A stretch of DNA of 64,000 bases from Prochlorococcus sp. AG-436-J02. Its GTDB lineage: Bacteria > Cyanobacteriota > Cyanobacteriia > PCC-6307 > Cyanobiaceae. The DNA lies in assembly GCA_003212625.1 (NCBI GenBank), contig QCPI01000003.1, positions 5,747-69,746 of the forward strand, in the 5' to 3' direction. Below the pieces are notes generated by a model that was given only the letters and a program-made list of their open reading frames with translations, made no database searches and was not told where the DNA came from. A program made the position numbers and the translations under genes. This document shows positions 1 to 10,984 of this stretch, one piece after another (the first letter of the stretch is position 1; each line of letters begins with the position of its first letter).

Positions 1-273
1 TAAAGTCATCATTATTACGCCACGAGCCTGAACAACACTTATTGTTGTACTCGAGCGATAGAAAAAAAACTTTTCTACTGCTGCGGATTGTGGGCTCCAT
101 TTACTAATTATTGAGCTTAAATCATTAGAAATTTCTAAAAGCCTTTTTTCTTCTTTTTCTGTTGATTTAGTTTCTATAATCCCGCAATCAAGCATTGTTT
201 TTTTGCCTTCTAATTCATCGATAATTCCGTAACCTACTCTTGCTAACCCTGGATCTATTCCTAGTATCCGCAC
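1..273 (-). CDS. ruvC: Holliday junction resolvase RuvC (5' part; runs off the window start)
   Basis: Not in the ORF track. Manual translation from GTG at 273 gives [18 protein letters not shown]..., the RuvC N-terminal ILGIDPG motif. It starts directly after the chlI stop. Confidence 0.92.
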   Translation of the reverse strand, partial: MRILGIDPGLARVGYGIIDELEGKKTMLDCGIIETKSTEKEEKRLLEISNDLSSIISKWSPQSAAVEKFFFYRSSTTISVVQARGVIMMTL

Positions 274-1362
274 TTAATTTGTCGAAGCCAGTTCAAATTC
301 AGATAAATCATTATTTTCATTCTTTTCGAAAACTTTGCAAAAAGCTTTTATGACTCTATCTCCAGAGTCAACTTGTTCGAGAGGATCCTTCCTAAGTCTA
401 TGCCTTAAAGCTGTAGAGACAACACGAGCAATATCTTCTTCAGTTACATCCTTTCTTCCCTCAAATGCTGCTATAGCTCTGGCTGCTCTATTTGTCACGA
501 TATCTCCTCTTAGACCGTCAACATCAAGTTCACCACAAACGGCAGATATTTTTAGCCTTAGATCTTCATCGATGGAAACTTCCTTAAGTAAATTTTGAGC
601 ATCAACAACTTTTTGTTGAAGGGAGTCTTGATTCCCCTGAACCGAATCACTAAAAGCTTCAGGATTATTATCAAAGGCTGTGCGTTGGTCAACGACTTGA
701 ACGCGAAGTTTTGCTTCTCTTACTGTCCTTACCTCTACACTCATTCCAAAACGATCAAGTAACTGTGGCCTTAACTCTCCTTCTTCAGGGTTACCTGAGC
801 CAATAAGTACAAATCTCGCAGGATGGCGAACAGAAATTCCTTCACGTTCAACTGTATTCCATCCTGAAGCAGCAGAGTCCAGAAGAACGTCCACCAGGTG
901 ATCATCTAATAGGTTGACTTCGTCAACATATAGCAAACCTCTATTGGCTTTCGCTAGAAGACCTGGTTCAAAGGCTCTAATGCCTTCACTAAGTGCCTTT
1001 TCAATATCAATAGTTCCACAGAGTCTATCCTCAGTAGCTCCTAATGGAAGATCAACCATGGGTACTTGTGTCTCCACCTTTTTTATATCGTCACCACTCT
1101 CTAGCCTTTCTCTGACGTCATTGCTTTGAAGATCTGGATCATCAATAGAACTGTTATAGGGATCGCCTTCAACTATTTCAATAGCAGGAAGGAGATCAGC
1201 AAGTGCTCTTATTGTCGTTGACTTGCCAGTCCCTCTATCACCCATTATCATCACTCCGCCAATTCTCGGGTCAATAACATTCAAAAGAAGCGCTAGCTTC
1301 ATTTCCTCTTGCCCAATCACTGAAGTGAATGGAAACACTCTGCGTTTTCTAATTGAACTCAC
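274..1362 (-). CDS. chlI: Magnesium chelatase ATPase subunit I
   Basis: [19 protein letters not shown], Walker [33 protein letters not shown]. Confidence 0.97.
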   Translation of the reverse strand: MSSIRKRRVFPFTSVIGQEEMKLALLLNVIDPRIGGVMIMGDRGTGKSTTIRALADLLPAIEIVEGDPYNSSIDDPDLQSNDVRERLESGDDIKKVETQVPMVDLPLGATEDRLCGTIDIEKALSEGIRAFEPGLLAKANRGLLYVDEVNLLDDHLVDVLLDSAASGWNTVEREGISVRHPARFVLIGSGNPEEGELRPQLLDRFGMSVEVRTVREAKLRVQVVDQRTAFDNNPEAFSDSVQGNQDSLQQKVVDAQNLLKEVSIDEDLRLKISAVCGELDVDGLRGDIVTNRAARAIAAFEGRKDVTEEDIARVVSTALRHRLRKDPLEQVDSGDRVIKAFCKVFEKNENNDLSEFELASTN

Positions 1363-1489
1363 TTTCTTAGTACTAGTAACAAGATTGTTTCATAAGCAGG
1401 TCTCTTTAGATTCATAAAGTCCCAAAAAAAAATGATAATGAAAAGCAATTTTTATATAGAAGTCCATACAAAATCTGATTTGGGTTAGT

Positions 1490-2536
1490 TCATTTTTGAG
1501 CGTGCACTAAAAAAGGCACTAATTCTGCTGATAAATTTCTTATTAACTCAGGTGACCTTGGATCGTTAAAGGGACCTTTAACGATGAAACTTACAAATGC
1601 TCTTCTATTTTGAGGAGTTTGAATTAGAGCCGTATCTGAATAGGAGATTCCTATATCACCAGTTTTGTTGTGAACTAAATAACCTTTTAATGCAAGATGA
1701 TAGTCAATGTTTTTATTTTCTTTACCAAGACCCCTTAAAATTCCTGAAGGAATTAAAGTATTTGTTTTTGATTTTTGCATGATTTCCCTGAAAATATCTC
1801 TAGAAGTAACATTAAGTAGATAACCATTATCAACTAAAGCGATTGCTAAAGATAGATCTTTTGTTGATGTAATATTTGTTCCACCTAGATCTGGAAGAAA
1901 GTTATTTATTTGTGTATTTTCTAATCCGATTTCTTTGAACTTTTTATTAATTATTTTTATTCCTCCTATTCTTTTTATTAGTAAATTAGTTGCGGTATTA
2001 TCACTAACTCTAATCATTTCAGTGGCGACTTCAAAAACAGGGAATTCCTCACCAATCTCTTGGTAAGCCATCCATCCTGCCCCACTACCAATTGTATCTT
2101 CTGTAAGTGTTAACTTTTCATTCCAAAATATTTCCCCTCTATCCAGCATTGTTAATAAAACAATTAAAATAGGTACCTTTATGCTACTTGCTGCAGGAAG
2201 TTTATTTTCAGATTTTATTTCTGCATAAACTTGATTATCTAATGATAAGAAGAAACAACTAACATCTAGATCTGAATTTTTAATTATAAGAGATTGCCAT
2301 TTGTTGATTAGTTTTTCAAGCCTTTCTATTTTATTCTTTTTAAATAACAATTCTGGTTTAATAGCTCTTAATTCTTTTTCATTAAACTTTTTTGATTTGC
2401 CTACTGTAATGATTTTCCTATTTATTCTATTGCTTTCATAAATTGGACCAATGATACTTAGAACGCTGCCAAGTAGAACTGATAAGCTTACGCTTGTTAA
2501 CAATATATTTGATATTACTTTCAAATGAATTTTCAC
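1490..2536 (-). CDS. Class A beta-lactamase-like serine hydrolase (cyanobacterial PBP-A type)
   Basis: SxxK (ASSIK), SDN (RVSDNTATN) and KTG (HNKTGDIG) motifs; N-terminal hydrophobic segment. Confidence 0.85.
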   Translation of the reverse strand: MKIHLKVISNILLTSVSLSVLLGSVLSIIGPIYESNRINRKIITVGKSKKFNEKELRAIKPELLFKKNKIERLEKLINKWQSLIIKNSDLDVSCFFLSLDNQVYAEIKSENKLPAASSIKVPILIVLLTMLDRGEIFWNEKLTLTEDTIGSGAGWMAYQEIGEEFPVFEVATEMIRVSDNTATNLLIKRIGGIKIINKKFKEIGLENTQINNFLPDLGGTNITSTKDLSLAIALVDNGYLLNVTSRDIFREIMQKSKTNTLIPSGILRGLGKENKNIDYHLALKGYLVHNKTGDIGISYSDTALIQTPQNRRAFVSFIVKGPFNDPRSPELIRNLSAELVPFLVHAQK

Positions 2537-2589
2537 TTTTAAATTAAAGAATATAAATCATTCCTATTTATTGTAGCTTTTAATTTTAA

Positions 2590-3327
2590 TTAATCATTTT
2601 TATTTTTAATTGCCCATCTGCATTGGCTGATTATTCCTCTAATTAGTGCAACTTCATCATCTTTTATTTCTGCTCTTAGAAGCAGTTTCTTGATTTTTGT
2701 CATTTTAGCTTTATAAGTATGTTGCATTAAAAAACCAATTTCAAGAAAGAGATTGCCTGCATCGTTAATACAATCTTCTAATTTAATTAAATTGGCAGGA
2801 TGACTTTTTGATCTGTTGGGCTTTATTGAATCAAGCTTATTAAATTCATAAAATTGATGAAGAACAATTGCTACTGCATGTGAGAGATTTAGTGATGGAT
2901 AATTTTCACTTGTATTAAGACTAATTACTTTATTTGCTTTTAAAAGCTCTTCATTGGATAAACCTCGATCTTCTCTTCCGAAAACTAAAGCTATTGTTTC
3001 TTCTCTTTTGCTTTCAAGAGCCCAGCAAATTGCGTATTTATTGGAATCAAGAGGAATGTCTCCATGATTTTTTCTTCCGCAAGTCGCAATAATTCTTGAA
3101 CAGTCTGAAAGTGCTGCGTTGAGATTGTTATATACCTTTGCTTCTTCTAATATTTTTATTCCTCTGACAGCCATCCTTTTCGCTTCTTTAGCTAAATAAT
3201 CGCACTGAGGAGAAACCAGCCTTAATTCATTGACTCTAAAGTTTTCACATAGTCTGGCAACACTCCCAACATTGATTGTTCCAGTGGGTTCAACAAGTAC
3301 TACTTTTAGGGTCTTTTTGTTTGTCAC
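2590..3327 (-). CDS. trmJ: SPOUT RNA methyltransferase, TrmJ/LasT family
   Basis: VVLVEP..INVGSVARLC, LVFGREDRGLSNEEL, YPSLNLSHAV. Confidence 0.85.
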   Translation of the reverse strand: MTNKKTLKVVLVEPTGTINVGSVARLCENFRVNELRLVSPQCDYLAKEAKRMAVRGIKILEEAKVYNNLNAALSDCSRIIATCGRKNHGDIPLDSNKYAICWALESKREETIALVFGREDRGLSNEELLKANKVISLNTSENYPSLNLSHAVAIVLHQFYEFNKLDSIKPNRSKSHPANLIKLEDCINDAGNLFLEIGFLMQHTYKAKMTKIKKLLLRAEIKDDEVALIRGIISQCRWAIKNKND

Positions 3328-3329
3328 TA

Positions 3330-3719
3330 TTAATTTAGGGTATGCATATATGCCAATAGATCAGCCATTGATTTAGTATCTATTTCAAAACTTGGCATTG
3401 GTGGAGTCAAACCTCGAATAACCTGATTAATAATCTTTTTATCATTCAATTCTTTTGTTGCTTCTTGGAGGTCAGGCCCCACAAGACCCTGGGCTGAAAT
3501 CCCATGGCAGCCGGCACAATTGATTTTGAATAATTTGCTTCCAGATAAAGCTTCTCCTTGAATTGATAAAGTTTCAGTTATGAAAGGATCTTGTTTAAAG
3601 CTGCCTATTACCCAAAGAATAGTAAGGAAGAAAACAGTGGCAACAGATAAGGAGAATATCCTCCAAGAGCTTATCTTTTGTTTCTGATTTATTAATGCTT
3701 TTGATGACGGAGTATTCAC
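3330..3719 (-). CDS. cytM: Cytochrome cM
   Basis: N-terminal TM helix, CxxCH (CAGCH), GPDL, PPMPSF; conserved position divergent from petG. Confidence 0.88.
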   Translation of the reverse strand: MNTPSSKALINQKQKISSWRIFSLSVATVFFLTILWVIGSFKQDPFITETLSIQGEALSGSKLFKINCAGCHGISAQGLVGPDLQEATKELNDKKIINQVIRGLTPPMPSFEIDTKSMADLLAYMHTLN

Positions 3720-3775
3720 TAAAACCTCTTTGACATGAAAGAATTGTTACTAGTACTTTTGAAAGATACGATCCA

Positions 3776-3895
3776 ATGATTGAGCCCCTTCTATGTGGGA
3801 TTGTTCTTGGGCTAGTTCCAATAACATTATTAGGCCTTTTTGTTAGTGCATGGAATCAGTATCGTCGAAGCAGTTCAATGCCTGATTGGGAGTAA
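3776..3895 (+). CDS. petG: Cytochrome b6f subunit V (PetG), 39 aa
   Basis: Below the ORF-track cutoff. Manual translation [39 protein letters not shown] matches the PetG signature. Confidence 0.96.
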
Positions 3896-4478
3896 GAAGA
3901 AGAAGAGTTGTGTTCCCATAAGATTTCTCTTTATTTAATTCCCAACCATTATGGATTCTTGGTAGTGATTTTGACGAGCATTCGCATATCAATGTTGATT
4001 TTTTTTTAATCCATTTCTTTGATAATAAAAGTTCCTGAGATGTTTCATATAATTGTGAATGGTATGGAGGGTCCAGAAAAATAAAATCAAATTTATATTC
4101 AGAGTTTTTGGAATCTTTAATAAATTTGATCTTTTTATCTTTTGGCCCCTTTTTTAGAAATGAGATAACTTCTCTACATTTGACCTCAATTTGAAAGGGA
4201 TGATCCAGAGTGTTGGATATATCGATAAGGTTCTTTTTGCATAATTTTGCTATTGCCCTCTCCTTTTCTATTGCAAGGATTCTTGTTACTCCTTTTTGTA
4301 AAGCCTCACATGCCATTACACCACTTCCACTGCAAAGATCTAACCAACTTGCTTCTTTAAGATTGTTCCCAAGCATATTAATTATGGCTTCTCTGACTTT
4401 TGATGTTGTCGGTCTTGTATTTTGAGATGAAGGACTTGCTATCCTTTTCCCAGAAATAAGTTTCAGTTTGCCTTTCAA
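3843..4478 (-). CDS. rsmD: 16S rRNA m2G966 methyltransferase RsmD
   Basis: [28 protein letters not shown]. Confidence 0.9.
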
Positions 4479-4479
4479 A

Positions 4480-5109
4480 TTAAAATTTAGTTCTTTTCAA
4501 CCAATTAATCCAATTAAAAATAAGTTTTTGCCCTGCGACTCCAGATTTTTCAGGATGAAACTGACAGGCACCAGTATTTTTATGCCAAACAATTGAAGAA
4601 ACATCAGTTTTACCAAATTTTGTTGTAGCTACAGTGGTTTTTTGTTCTAAAGGAGATGCTGAGTATGAATGTACGAAATACATCCAATTAGAAGCAGGAT
4701 GATTTTCTAAAATAGGACATTCATTTGTTTTATATATAGGAGCCCAACCAATATGAGGAATTCTCTCGTTTTTTTCATTAGGTAATTTACGAATTTTTCC
4801 GCTTATAACTCCTAAACCCTTTGAACTTCCTTCCTCACTGCTATCGAATAATAGCTGTAATCCTAGGCAAATTCCAAGAAGAGGTTTTCCATCATTTACC
4901 CAATCAATTATTGAAGGAATCAGATTGGTTTTCTTTAGATTATTCATTGCAGGATCAAAAGAACCCACTCCAGGAAGTATTAGTGCATCACAACACTTGA
5001 GTGTGTTGATATCGCAAATAATATCTAAAGGTTGACTAACCCTTTTAAATGCTTGTTGAACGGAAAAAAGATTACCCATTCCATAATCTATTAATCCAAT
5101 TTTTGCCAA
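4480..5109 (-). CDS. hisH: Imidazole glycerol phosphate synthase glutaminase subunit
   Basis: IDYGMGNL, LPGVGSF, GICLGLQ, PHIGW, YFVHSY, QFHPEKS. Confidence 0.96.
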   Translation of the reverse strand: MAKIGLIDYGMGNLFSVQQAFKRVSQPLDIICDINTLKCCDALILPGVGSFDPAMNNLKKTNLIPSIIDWVNDGKPLLGICLGLQLLFDSSEEGSSKGLGVISGKIRKLPNEKNERIPHIGWAPIYKTNECPILENHPASNWMYFVHSYSASPLEQKTTVATTKFGKTDVSSIVWHKNTGACQFHPEKSGVAGQKLIFNWINWLKRTKF

Positions 5110-5166
5110 TATATTTACCTAGGAATAATTTGAAAGGGTTTTAAAATTAAAATCGATTATTTGAAA

Positions 5167-5490
5167 TTAAAGGTGTTTGGAGATTGTTCCAGAGAGTGTT
5201 GCTTTAGGAACTGCACCAACCACAGTATCAACTTTTTGACCGCCTTTAAAGATCATTAAAGTGGGAATGCTTCTGATGCCATATTGACCAGCAACATTGG
5301 GATTTTCATCTGTGTTTAATTTGAAAACTTTTATTTTGCCTTCGAAATCTTTTGAGATTTCTTCAACAATTGGTGCAACCATTCTGCAAGGTCCACACCA
5401 AGGTGCCCAAAAATCAACCAAAACCGGCACGTCGCTCTGGAGGACTTCTTGTTCGAAGGAAGAATCAGTTACGGCAGAAGCTGTGGACAT
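5167..5490 (-). CDS. trxA: Thioredoxin (m-type)
   Basis: WAPWCGPC active site, GIRSIPTL. Confidence 0.97.
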   Translation of the reverse strand: MSTASAVTDSSFEQEVLQSDVPVLVDFWAPWCGPCRMVAPIVEEISKDFEGKIKVFKLNTDENPNVAGQYGIRSIPTLMIFKGGQKVDTVVGAVPKATLSGTISKHL

Positions 5491-5598
5491 ACCTAGAGAT
5501 CTTAATAACTAAATAATAACAATTGTATTTTGCCTAAAAAAAGTTTTTCTGCCATTTTTAAATGAAGTTTGAATATTGATTTGTAGTCTTTCAATTAA

Positions 5599-5626
5599 GA
5601 AAAGCCCAAACAAGTTGGGCTTTTTA
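5599..5626. terminator. Rho-independent terminator hairpin (3' end of Yfr1; A/T tracts on both sides, possibly bidirectional)
   Basis: aaaagcccaa-acaag-ttgggctttt inverted repeat. Confidence 0.75.
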
Positions 5627-5658
5627 TGTGTGAGGAGTGCGAGAGCAAAGGCTCTCAC
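5599..5658 (-). ncRNA. yfr1: Cyanobacterial sRNA Yfr1
   Basis: Minus strand reads a 5' hairpin GUGAGAGC-CUUU-GCUCUCGC, the invariant ACUCCUCACAC motif (5638-5628), then a terminator hairpin AAAAGCCCAA-CUUG-UUUGGGCUUUU. It lies between guaB and trxA, the known Yfr1 locus. Ends are approximate. Confidence 0.92.
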
Positions 5659-5664
5659 TACTCA

Positions 5665-5670
5665 ATTCTA
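5665..5670 (-). promoter_or_regulatory. Putative -10 element (TAGAAT) of yfr1
   Basis: TAGAAT on the minus strand, 6 nt before the first base of the Yfr1 5' hairpin. Confidence 0.6.
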
Positions 5671-5705
5671 GCTCTTGGACTTAATTCTGAAATCTTTCAG
5701 TATCT

Positions 5706-6869
5706 TTATTTACCCATTCCTAGTTGTTGTGCTTTTTGGTAAACCTTGCCTTCTGTTAACAACGAAGGTGCAACAACAACCTCAACTTTCTGCATTTCTT
5801 TGATATTAATTGCTCCTAGTGTTCCCATAGAGGTTTTGAGTGCTCCCAATAAATTGTGGGTTCCATCATCAAGAATTGCAGGACCACAAATAATACTTTC
5901 TAAACTACCTGTCGTTCCAACTTTAATTCTTGTTCCTCTTGGTAGGACAGGGCTTGGAGTCGCCATACCCCAATGAAATCCTTTCCCAGGAGCCTCTTGA
6001 GATCTTGCAATTGGAGACCCAATCATCACTGAATCAGCACCACAAGCTATGCATTTGCAAATATCACCACCTGTAATAATTCCACCATCAGCAATGATTG
6101 GAACATATTTGCCAGTCTCTTTTTTAAAATCATCCCTTGCAGCAGAACAATCCGAAATAGCAGTTGCTTGAGGTATCCCAACACCTAGTACTCCTCTTGA
6201 TGTACATGCTGCCCCAGGTCCTATTCCAACCATAACAGCTGCTGCACCTGCTCTCATTAGCTTCAGAGAAACTTCATACGTAACACAATTGCCAACCGCA
6301 ACTGGTATATCAATGTTGTTGCAAAGATCATAAAGGTCAAGATTTTGATTGCCTTGTTTGCCTATGTGTTCTGTAGAAACAACGGTTGCCTGAAGAAAAA
6401 ATAAGTCTGCACCTGAGGATTTTATTAAATCTTTGAATTTAATAGCGGCTATCGGAGTCCCACTTACTGCGGCAATCCCACCACCATCCTTTATTTCTTG
6501 AATTCTTTTTAAGATTAATTCTTCTTTTATCGGCTGCTTATAAATTTCTTGCATTAGAGGAACAAAGTCCTCATTACCAGTTGTTCGGATTTTATTTAAA
6601 ACAAGTTCTGGATCTTCGTATCTGGTTTGAACTCCTTCTAGGTTTAAAACACCTAGGGCTCCTATATTTGACAAGGCAATTGCCATATTTACATCAACAA
6701 CCCCATCCATTGCGCTAGCGATAATTGGAATATCTCTTTCAAGACCCCCGATTTTCCAATTTGTTTTTGTGATTTCAGGGTCAACTGTTCTATCTCCTGG
6801 GACCAATGCAATTTCATCGATTCCGTAGGCTCTTCGAACGGTTTTGGTGCGCCCTAGTTGAAAATTCAC
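5706..6869 (-). CDS. guaB: IMP dehydrogenase-related protein (GuaB3 type)
   Basis: [35 protein letters not shown]. Confidence 0.92.
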   Translation of the reverse strand: MNFQLGRTKTVRRAYGIDEIALVPGDRTVDPEITKTNWKIGGLERDIPIIASAMDGVVDVNMAIALSNIGALGVLNLEGVQTRYEDPELVLNKIRTTGNEDFVPLMQEIYKQPIKEELILKRIQEIKDGGGIAAVSGTPIAAIKFKDLIKSSGADLFFLQATVVSTEHIGKQGNQNLDLYDLCNNIDIPVAVGNCVTYEVSLKLMRAGAAAVMVGIGPGAACTSRGVLGVGIPQATAISDCSAARDDFKKETGKYVPIIADGGIITGGDICKCIACGADSVMIGSPIARSQEAPGKGFHWGMATPSPVLPRGTRIKVGTTGSLESIICGPAILDDGTHNLLGALKTSMGTLGAINIKEMQKVEVVVAPSLLTEGKVYQKAQQLGMGK

Positions 6870-7124
6870 ACCTAAATAATTTTATAAGTTCTCGTCAAAC
6901 TACCAACTGAAGTGCCAAATTGAGCAAATGTTGGGAATAGATAATCAAGATTATGCTTTTTTGGCTTTTTCAGTAAATGATTTCCCCAGCTTTTAATGAA
7001 ATTTATTTCATCATTTTGTAATTAGTGATTTGATTAGGGGTGATTTACTTTCTGATATATGGTTATTTACTTTAAAAGGTTTCTTAATGCTCAGATGTTC
7101 TTATAATTGGTAAAACCCTTATAT

Positions 7125-9743
7125 ATGGCTGATCCATTGGGACCTAATAGCTCTGGTCCCGGGGAATCCGACGACCGGATCATCCAGACTGACTTGAGAA
7201 ATGAAATGTCGCGTTCCTACTTGGAATACGCGATGAGTGTGATTGTTGGGCGCGCTTTGCCTGATTCGAGAGATGGCCTTAAACCAGTACATCGAAGAAT
7301 CCTCTATGCAATGTATGAATTAGGTCTTACTAGTGATAGACCTTACAGAAAATGCGCACGTGTGGTTGGAGAAGTTTTAGGAAAATATCATCCTCATGGC
7401 GACACTGCTGTTTATGACGCTTTAGTCAGGATGGCGCAAGATTTCTCAATGCAAATGCCATTAATTGATGGACATGGCAATTTTGGATCTGTTGATAATG
7501 ATCCTCCTGCGGCGATGAGATATACCGAATCAAGATTACAATCTTTAACTACTGATAGTTTGCTTGAGGATATTGAATCAGAAACAGTTGATTTTGCAGA
7601 TAACTTTGATGGATCTCAACAAGAACCAACTGTATTACCTGCAAGAATCCCCCAATTGTTATTGAATGGTTCTTCAGGAATAGCCGTAGGTATGGCAACA
7701 AACATACCTCCCCATAACTTAGTTGAATTAATTGAAGGCTTGATGGCTTTGATTTCTAATCCTGAGTTAGAAGAAAAAGAGTTAATGAATATAATTAAAG
7801 GCCCAGATTTTCCAACGGGTGGTCAGATACTTGGTCGAAATGGAATTAAAGAAACATATCTTTCTGGTAGAGGATCAATCACAATGCGCGGAGTTGCTGA
7901 AATAGAAACTATTGAAAATCCAGGTAGACCTGATAGAGATGCTGTAATAATTACTGAACTTCCTTATCAAACAAATAAAGCTGCATTGATAGAAAGAATA
8001 GCTGATATGGTTAATGATAAAAAACTTGAAGGTATTGCAGATATAAGAGATGAGAGTGATCGAGATGGTATGAGAATTGTTGTTGAATTAAGGAGAGATT
8101 CATATCCACAAGTAGTTTTAAATAATTTATTTAAACTTACTCCTTTGCAGACAAATTTTAGTGCAAATATGCTTTCATTAGTTAATGGTGAGCCGGTTAT
8201 ATTATCACTTAGAAAGATGCTGCAAGTGTTTTTAGATTTTAGAGTAGAAACTATTGAAAAAAGAACTAAATATCTATTAAAGAAAGCAGAAAATAGAGAT
8301 CATATATTGCTAGGATTACTACTAGCTCTAGATCAGCTAGATGAAATAATTAATCTTATTAGAGCTGCTTCCGATTCTGCAACAGCTAAAAATAAATTAC
8401 AAGAACTTCATGGTTTAACCGATATCCAGTCTGATGCTATTTTGCAAATGCAGTTAAGACGTCTTACTGCTTTGGAGGCGGATAAAATAAGACTTGAACA
8501 TGAGGATTTAGTTAATAAAATAATAGATTTAAAAGATATTTTAAATAGAAAGGAAAGGGTATTTGAAATAACAAAAATAGAATTAAATGAGCTAAAAGAG
8601 AAATATAATTCTCCAAGAAGAACGAAAATTCTTGATCTTGGGGGTGGGCTTGAGGATATTGATTTAATTGCAAATGAACGTTCAGTCGTTTTGTTGACTG
8701 AAACTGGATACTTAAAGAGGATGCCTGTTAATGAATTTGAAGCAACAAGTAGAGGTACTAGAGGTAAAGCTGGGACTAGAAGTCAAGGAGAAGAGGAGGT
8801 GAAAAAATTTATTAGTTGCAATGATCACGATAGTCTCCTCCTTTTTAGTGATAGAGGTGTTGCTTATGCACTTCCAGCTTACAGAGTTCCTCAATGCAGC
8901 AGGACTGCAAAAGGAACCCCAATTGTTCAATTGCTTCCAATTCCTAGAGAAGAAGCTATTACTTCTTTGCTATCTGTTAGCTCTTTTGATGATGAAAATT
9001 ATTTGTTGATGCTAACAAGAGGTGGCTTTATCAAAAGAACACCCCTTTCAGCGTTTAGTAAGATTAGAGCAAATGGATTAATTGCAATAGGTTTAGAGGA
9101 TGGCGACTCTTTGACATGGGTCCGTTTGGCTGAATCTGGTGACAGTGTATTGATTGGTTCCAAAAATGGAATGACAATACATTTTAGATTAAATGATTCT
9201 GAATTACGGTCTTTAGGAAGAACAGCAAGAGGGGTTAGGTCAATGAATTTGAAGTCTGGAGACTCTCTTGTTAGTATGGATGTTTTATCAACAGAGTTGG
9301 CTGATCATGTTGATAAAAGTGAAGAAGAAGAACTTGAGGATGAATCATCAGTATCAGAAGGCCCTTGGGTACTAGTTGCATCTGGAAGTGGATTAGGAAA
9401 AAGAGTTCCCGTTACTCAATTTCGATTGCAAAAAAGAGCTGGGATGGGATTAAGAGCAATAAAATTCAGAAAAGATGGAGATGAACTTGTTGGTTTAAGG
9501 GTTCTTGGAAAAGGTGAAGAATTATTATTAGTTAGTGAAAGAGGAGTAATAGTTAGAACTAGTGCGGACAAAATTTCTCAACAATCAAGAGCTGCCACTG
9601 GGGTAAGGATTCAGAAACTTGATGAAGGTGACAAATTATCGGAAGTAGTTTTAGTTCCGCCAGAACCAAATAATGATGAAGAGGAAAAAGAAGCACCCTC
9701 AACTAATCAAACAAAAAATACTGATCCAATGTCAAAAAATTGA
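7125..9743 (+). CDS. gyrA: DNA gyrase subunit A
   Basis: [30 protein letters not shown] and C-terminal pinwheel repeats; ATG at 7125 preferred over TTG at 7107. Confidence 0.96.
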   Translation: MADPLGPNSSGPGESDDRIIQTDLRNEMSRSYLEYAMSVIVGRALPDSRDGLKPVHRRILYAMYELGLTSDRPYRKCARVVGEVLGKYHPHGDTAVYDALVRMAQDFSMQMPLIDGHGNFGSVDNDPPAAMRYTESRLQSLTTDSLLEDIESETVDFADNFDGSQQEPTVLPARIPQLLLNGSSGIAVGMATNIPPHNLVELIEGLMALISNPELEEKELMNIIKGPDFPTGGQILGRNGIKETYLSGRGSITMRGVAEIETIENPGRPDRDAVIITELPYQTNKAALIERIADMVNDKKLEGIADIRDESDRDGMRIVVELRRDSYPQVVLNNLFKLTPLQTNFSANMLSLVNGEPVILSLRKMLQVFLDFRVETIEKRTKYLLKKAENRDHILLGLLLALDQLDEIINLIRAASDSATAKNKLQELHGLTDIQSDAILQMQLRRLTALEADKIRLEHEDLVNKIIDLKDILNRKERVFEITKIELNELKEKYNSPRRTKILDLGGGLEDIDLIANERSVVLLTETGYLKRMPVNEFEATSRGTRGKAGTRSQGEEEVKKFISCNDHDSLLLFSDRGVAYALPAYRVPQCSRTAKGTPIVQLLPIPREEAITSLLSVSSFDDENYLLMLTRGGFIKRTPLSAFSKIRANGLIAIGLEDGDSLTWVRLAESGDSVLIGSKNGMTIHFRLNDSELRSLGRTARGVRSMNLKSGDSLVSMDVLSTELADHVDKSEEEELEDESSVSEGPWVLVASGSGLGKRVPVTQFRLQKRAGMGLRAIKFRKDGDELVGLRVLGKGEELLLVSERGVIVRTSADKISQQSRAATGVRIQKLDEGDKLSEVVLVPPEPNNDEEEKEAPSTNQTKNTDPMSKN

Positions 9744-10984
9744 AATTATTTAATTGTGCTGATGTATTAGTTTTGGGGGCTGGACCAGCTGCTCTTTGCA
9801 TCACTGCTGAATTGGTTCAACAAGGACTTGATGTTCAAGCGATAGCTTCTAAATCTCCTTTAGAACCTTGGCCAAATACATATGGGATCTGGGCCTCCGA
9901 ACTTGAGTCATTAAATATGCAGGAATTGTTGAAATATAGATGGAAGGATACTGTTAGTTTTTTTGGAGATGGATTAAGTGATAAGGGAAATATTTGTACA
10001 AACCATTATCTAGATTACGGTCTTTTTAATTTGAATAATTTTCAAGAGGCTCTTCTTAAGAGATGTAATGGACTGTCTTGGCAAGTTGAAACTGTAGAAA
10101 AGATTGATTTCCAGGAAAAAGAAACTGTTGTGATCTGCGCTACTGGGGAAAAATATTTTGCTAGGTTAGTAATTGATGCTAGTGGTCATAAAACCCCTTT
10201 TATTAGAAGGCCTAAGCATAAAGAAATTGCTAAGCAGGCGGCTTATGGAGTTGTTGGAAAATTTAGTTCACCTCCAGTGGCGAAGAATCGATTTGTGTTA
10301 ATGGATTTTAGGCCAGATCATCTAAATGCAAGCCAATTGAAAGAGCCACCTTCTTTTCTCTACGCTATGGACTTGGGAGATGGAAGTTATTTTGTTGAAG
10401 AAACATCCTTAGCGTGTGCTCCTCCACTTTCATTTGAATCATTAAAAGCAAGATTAAATTTACGATTATCTAGTAAAGGAATTCAAATTGAGGAAATTAT
10501 CCATGAAGAACATTGTCTTTTCCCTATGAATCTGCCATTGCCTTATAGAGATCAACCTCTTTTAGCCTTTGGAGGCGCAGCTAGTATGGTTCATCCAGCA
10601 TCTGGATATATGGTTGGAAGTCTTTTAAGAAGGGCACCTTCATTAGCAAAGGAGATAGCAAAAGTAATTAAAAACGATCCGCTTACTCCTACGTCTCAGA
10701 TAGCTAGAAGAGGTTGGAAAACCCTCTGGACAACTGAATTAGTTCAAAGACATCGTCTTTATCAGTTTGGACTTCAAAGATTAATGAGTTTTAATGAATC
10801 CCTTTTAAGAGATTTTTTTGATACTTTTTTTAAATTACAAAAAAAAGATTGGTATGGATATTTAACTAATACTCTCCCTTTGCCAAGACTTTTTATTGTA
10901 ATGCTTAAATTATTTTCGATTGCACCATCGGAAGTTAGATTGGGAATGCTTGGTTTAATAATAAATAAGAAAGATAAAATTTAG
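9740..10984 (+). CDS. crtL: Lycopene cyclase CrtL (probably beta-cyclase)
   Basis: FAD motif [37 protein letters not shown]; 4-bp overlap with gyrA. Confidence 0.9.
   Translation: MKLFNCADVLVLGAGPAALCITAELVQQGLDVQAIASKSPLEPWPNTYGIWASELESLNMQELLKYRWKDTVSFFGDGLSDKGNICTNHYLDYGLFNLNNFQEALLKRCNGLSWQVETVEKIDFQEKETVVICATGEKYFARLVIDASGHKTPFIRRPKHKEIAKQAAYGVVGKFSSPPVAKNRFVLMDFRPDHLNASQLKEPPSFLYAMDLGDGSYFVEETSLACAPPLSFESLKARLNLRLSSKGIQIEEIIHEEHCLFPMNLPLPYRDQPLLAFGGAASMVHPASGYMVGSLLRRAPSLAKEIAKVIKNDPLTPTSQIARRGWKTLWTTELVQRHRLYQFGLQRLMSFNESLLRDFFDTFFKLQKKDWYGYLTNTLPLPRLFIVMLKLFSIAPSEVRLGMLGLIINKKDKI

Noticed and set aside
335-1417. Short + strand ORFs opposite chlI, and the similar 60-110 aa ORFs opposite or inside hisH/trxA/guaB/clpC/recD/recB
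   Set aside because: They are shadow ORFs on the antisense or alternate frame of well-supported genes and show no recognisable motifs.
1490-2536. Acquired antibiotic-resistance gene
   Set aside because: It sits in core synteny with host-like composition and no mobile context, and fits the cyanobacterial PBP-A-like family.
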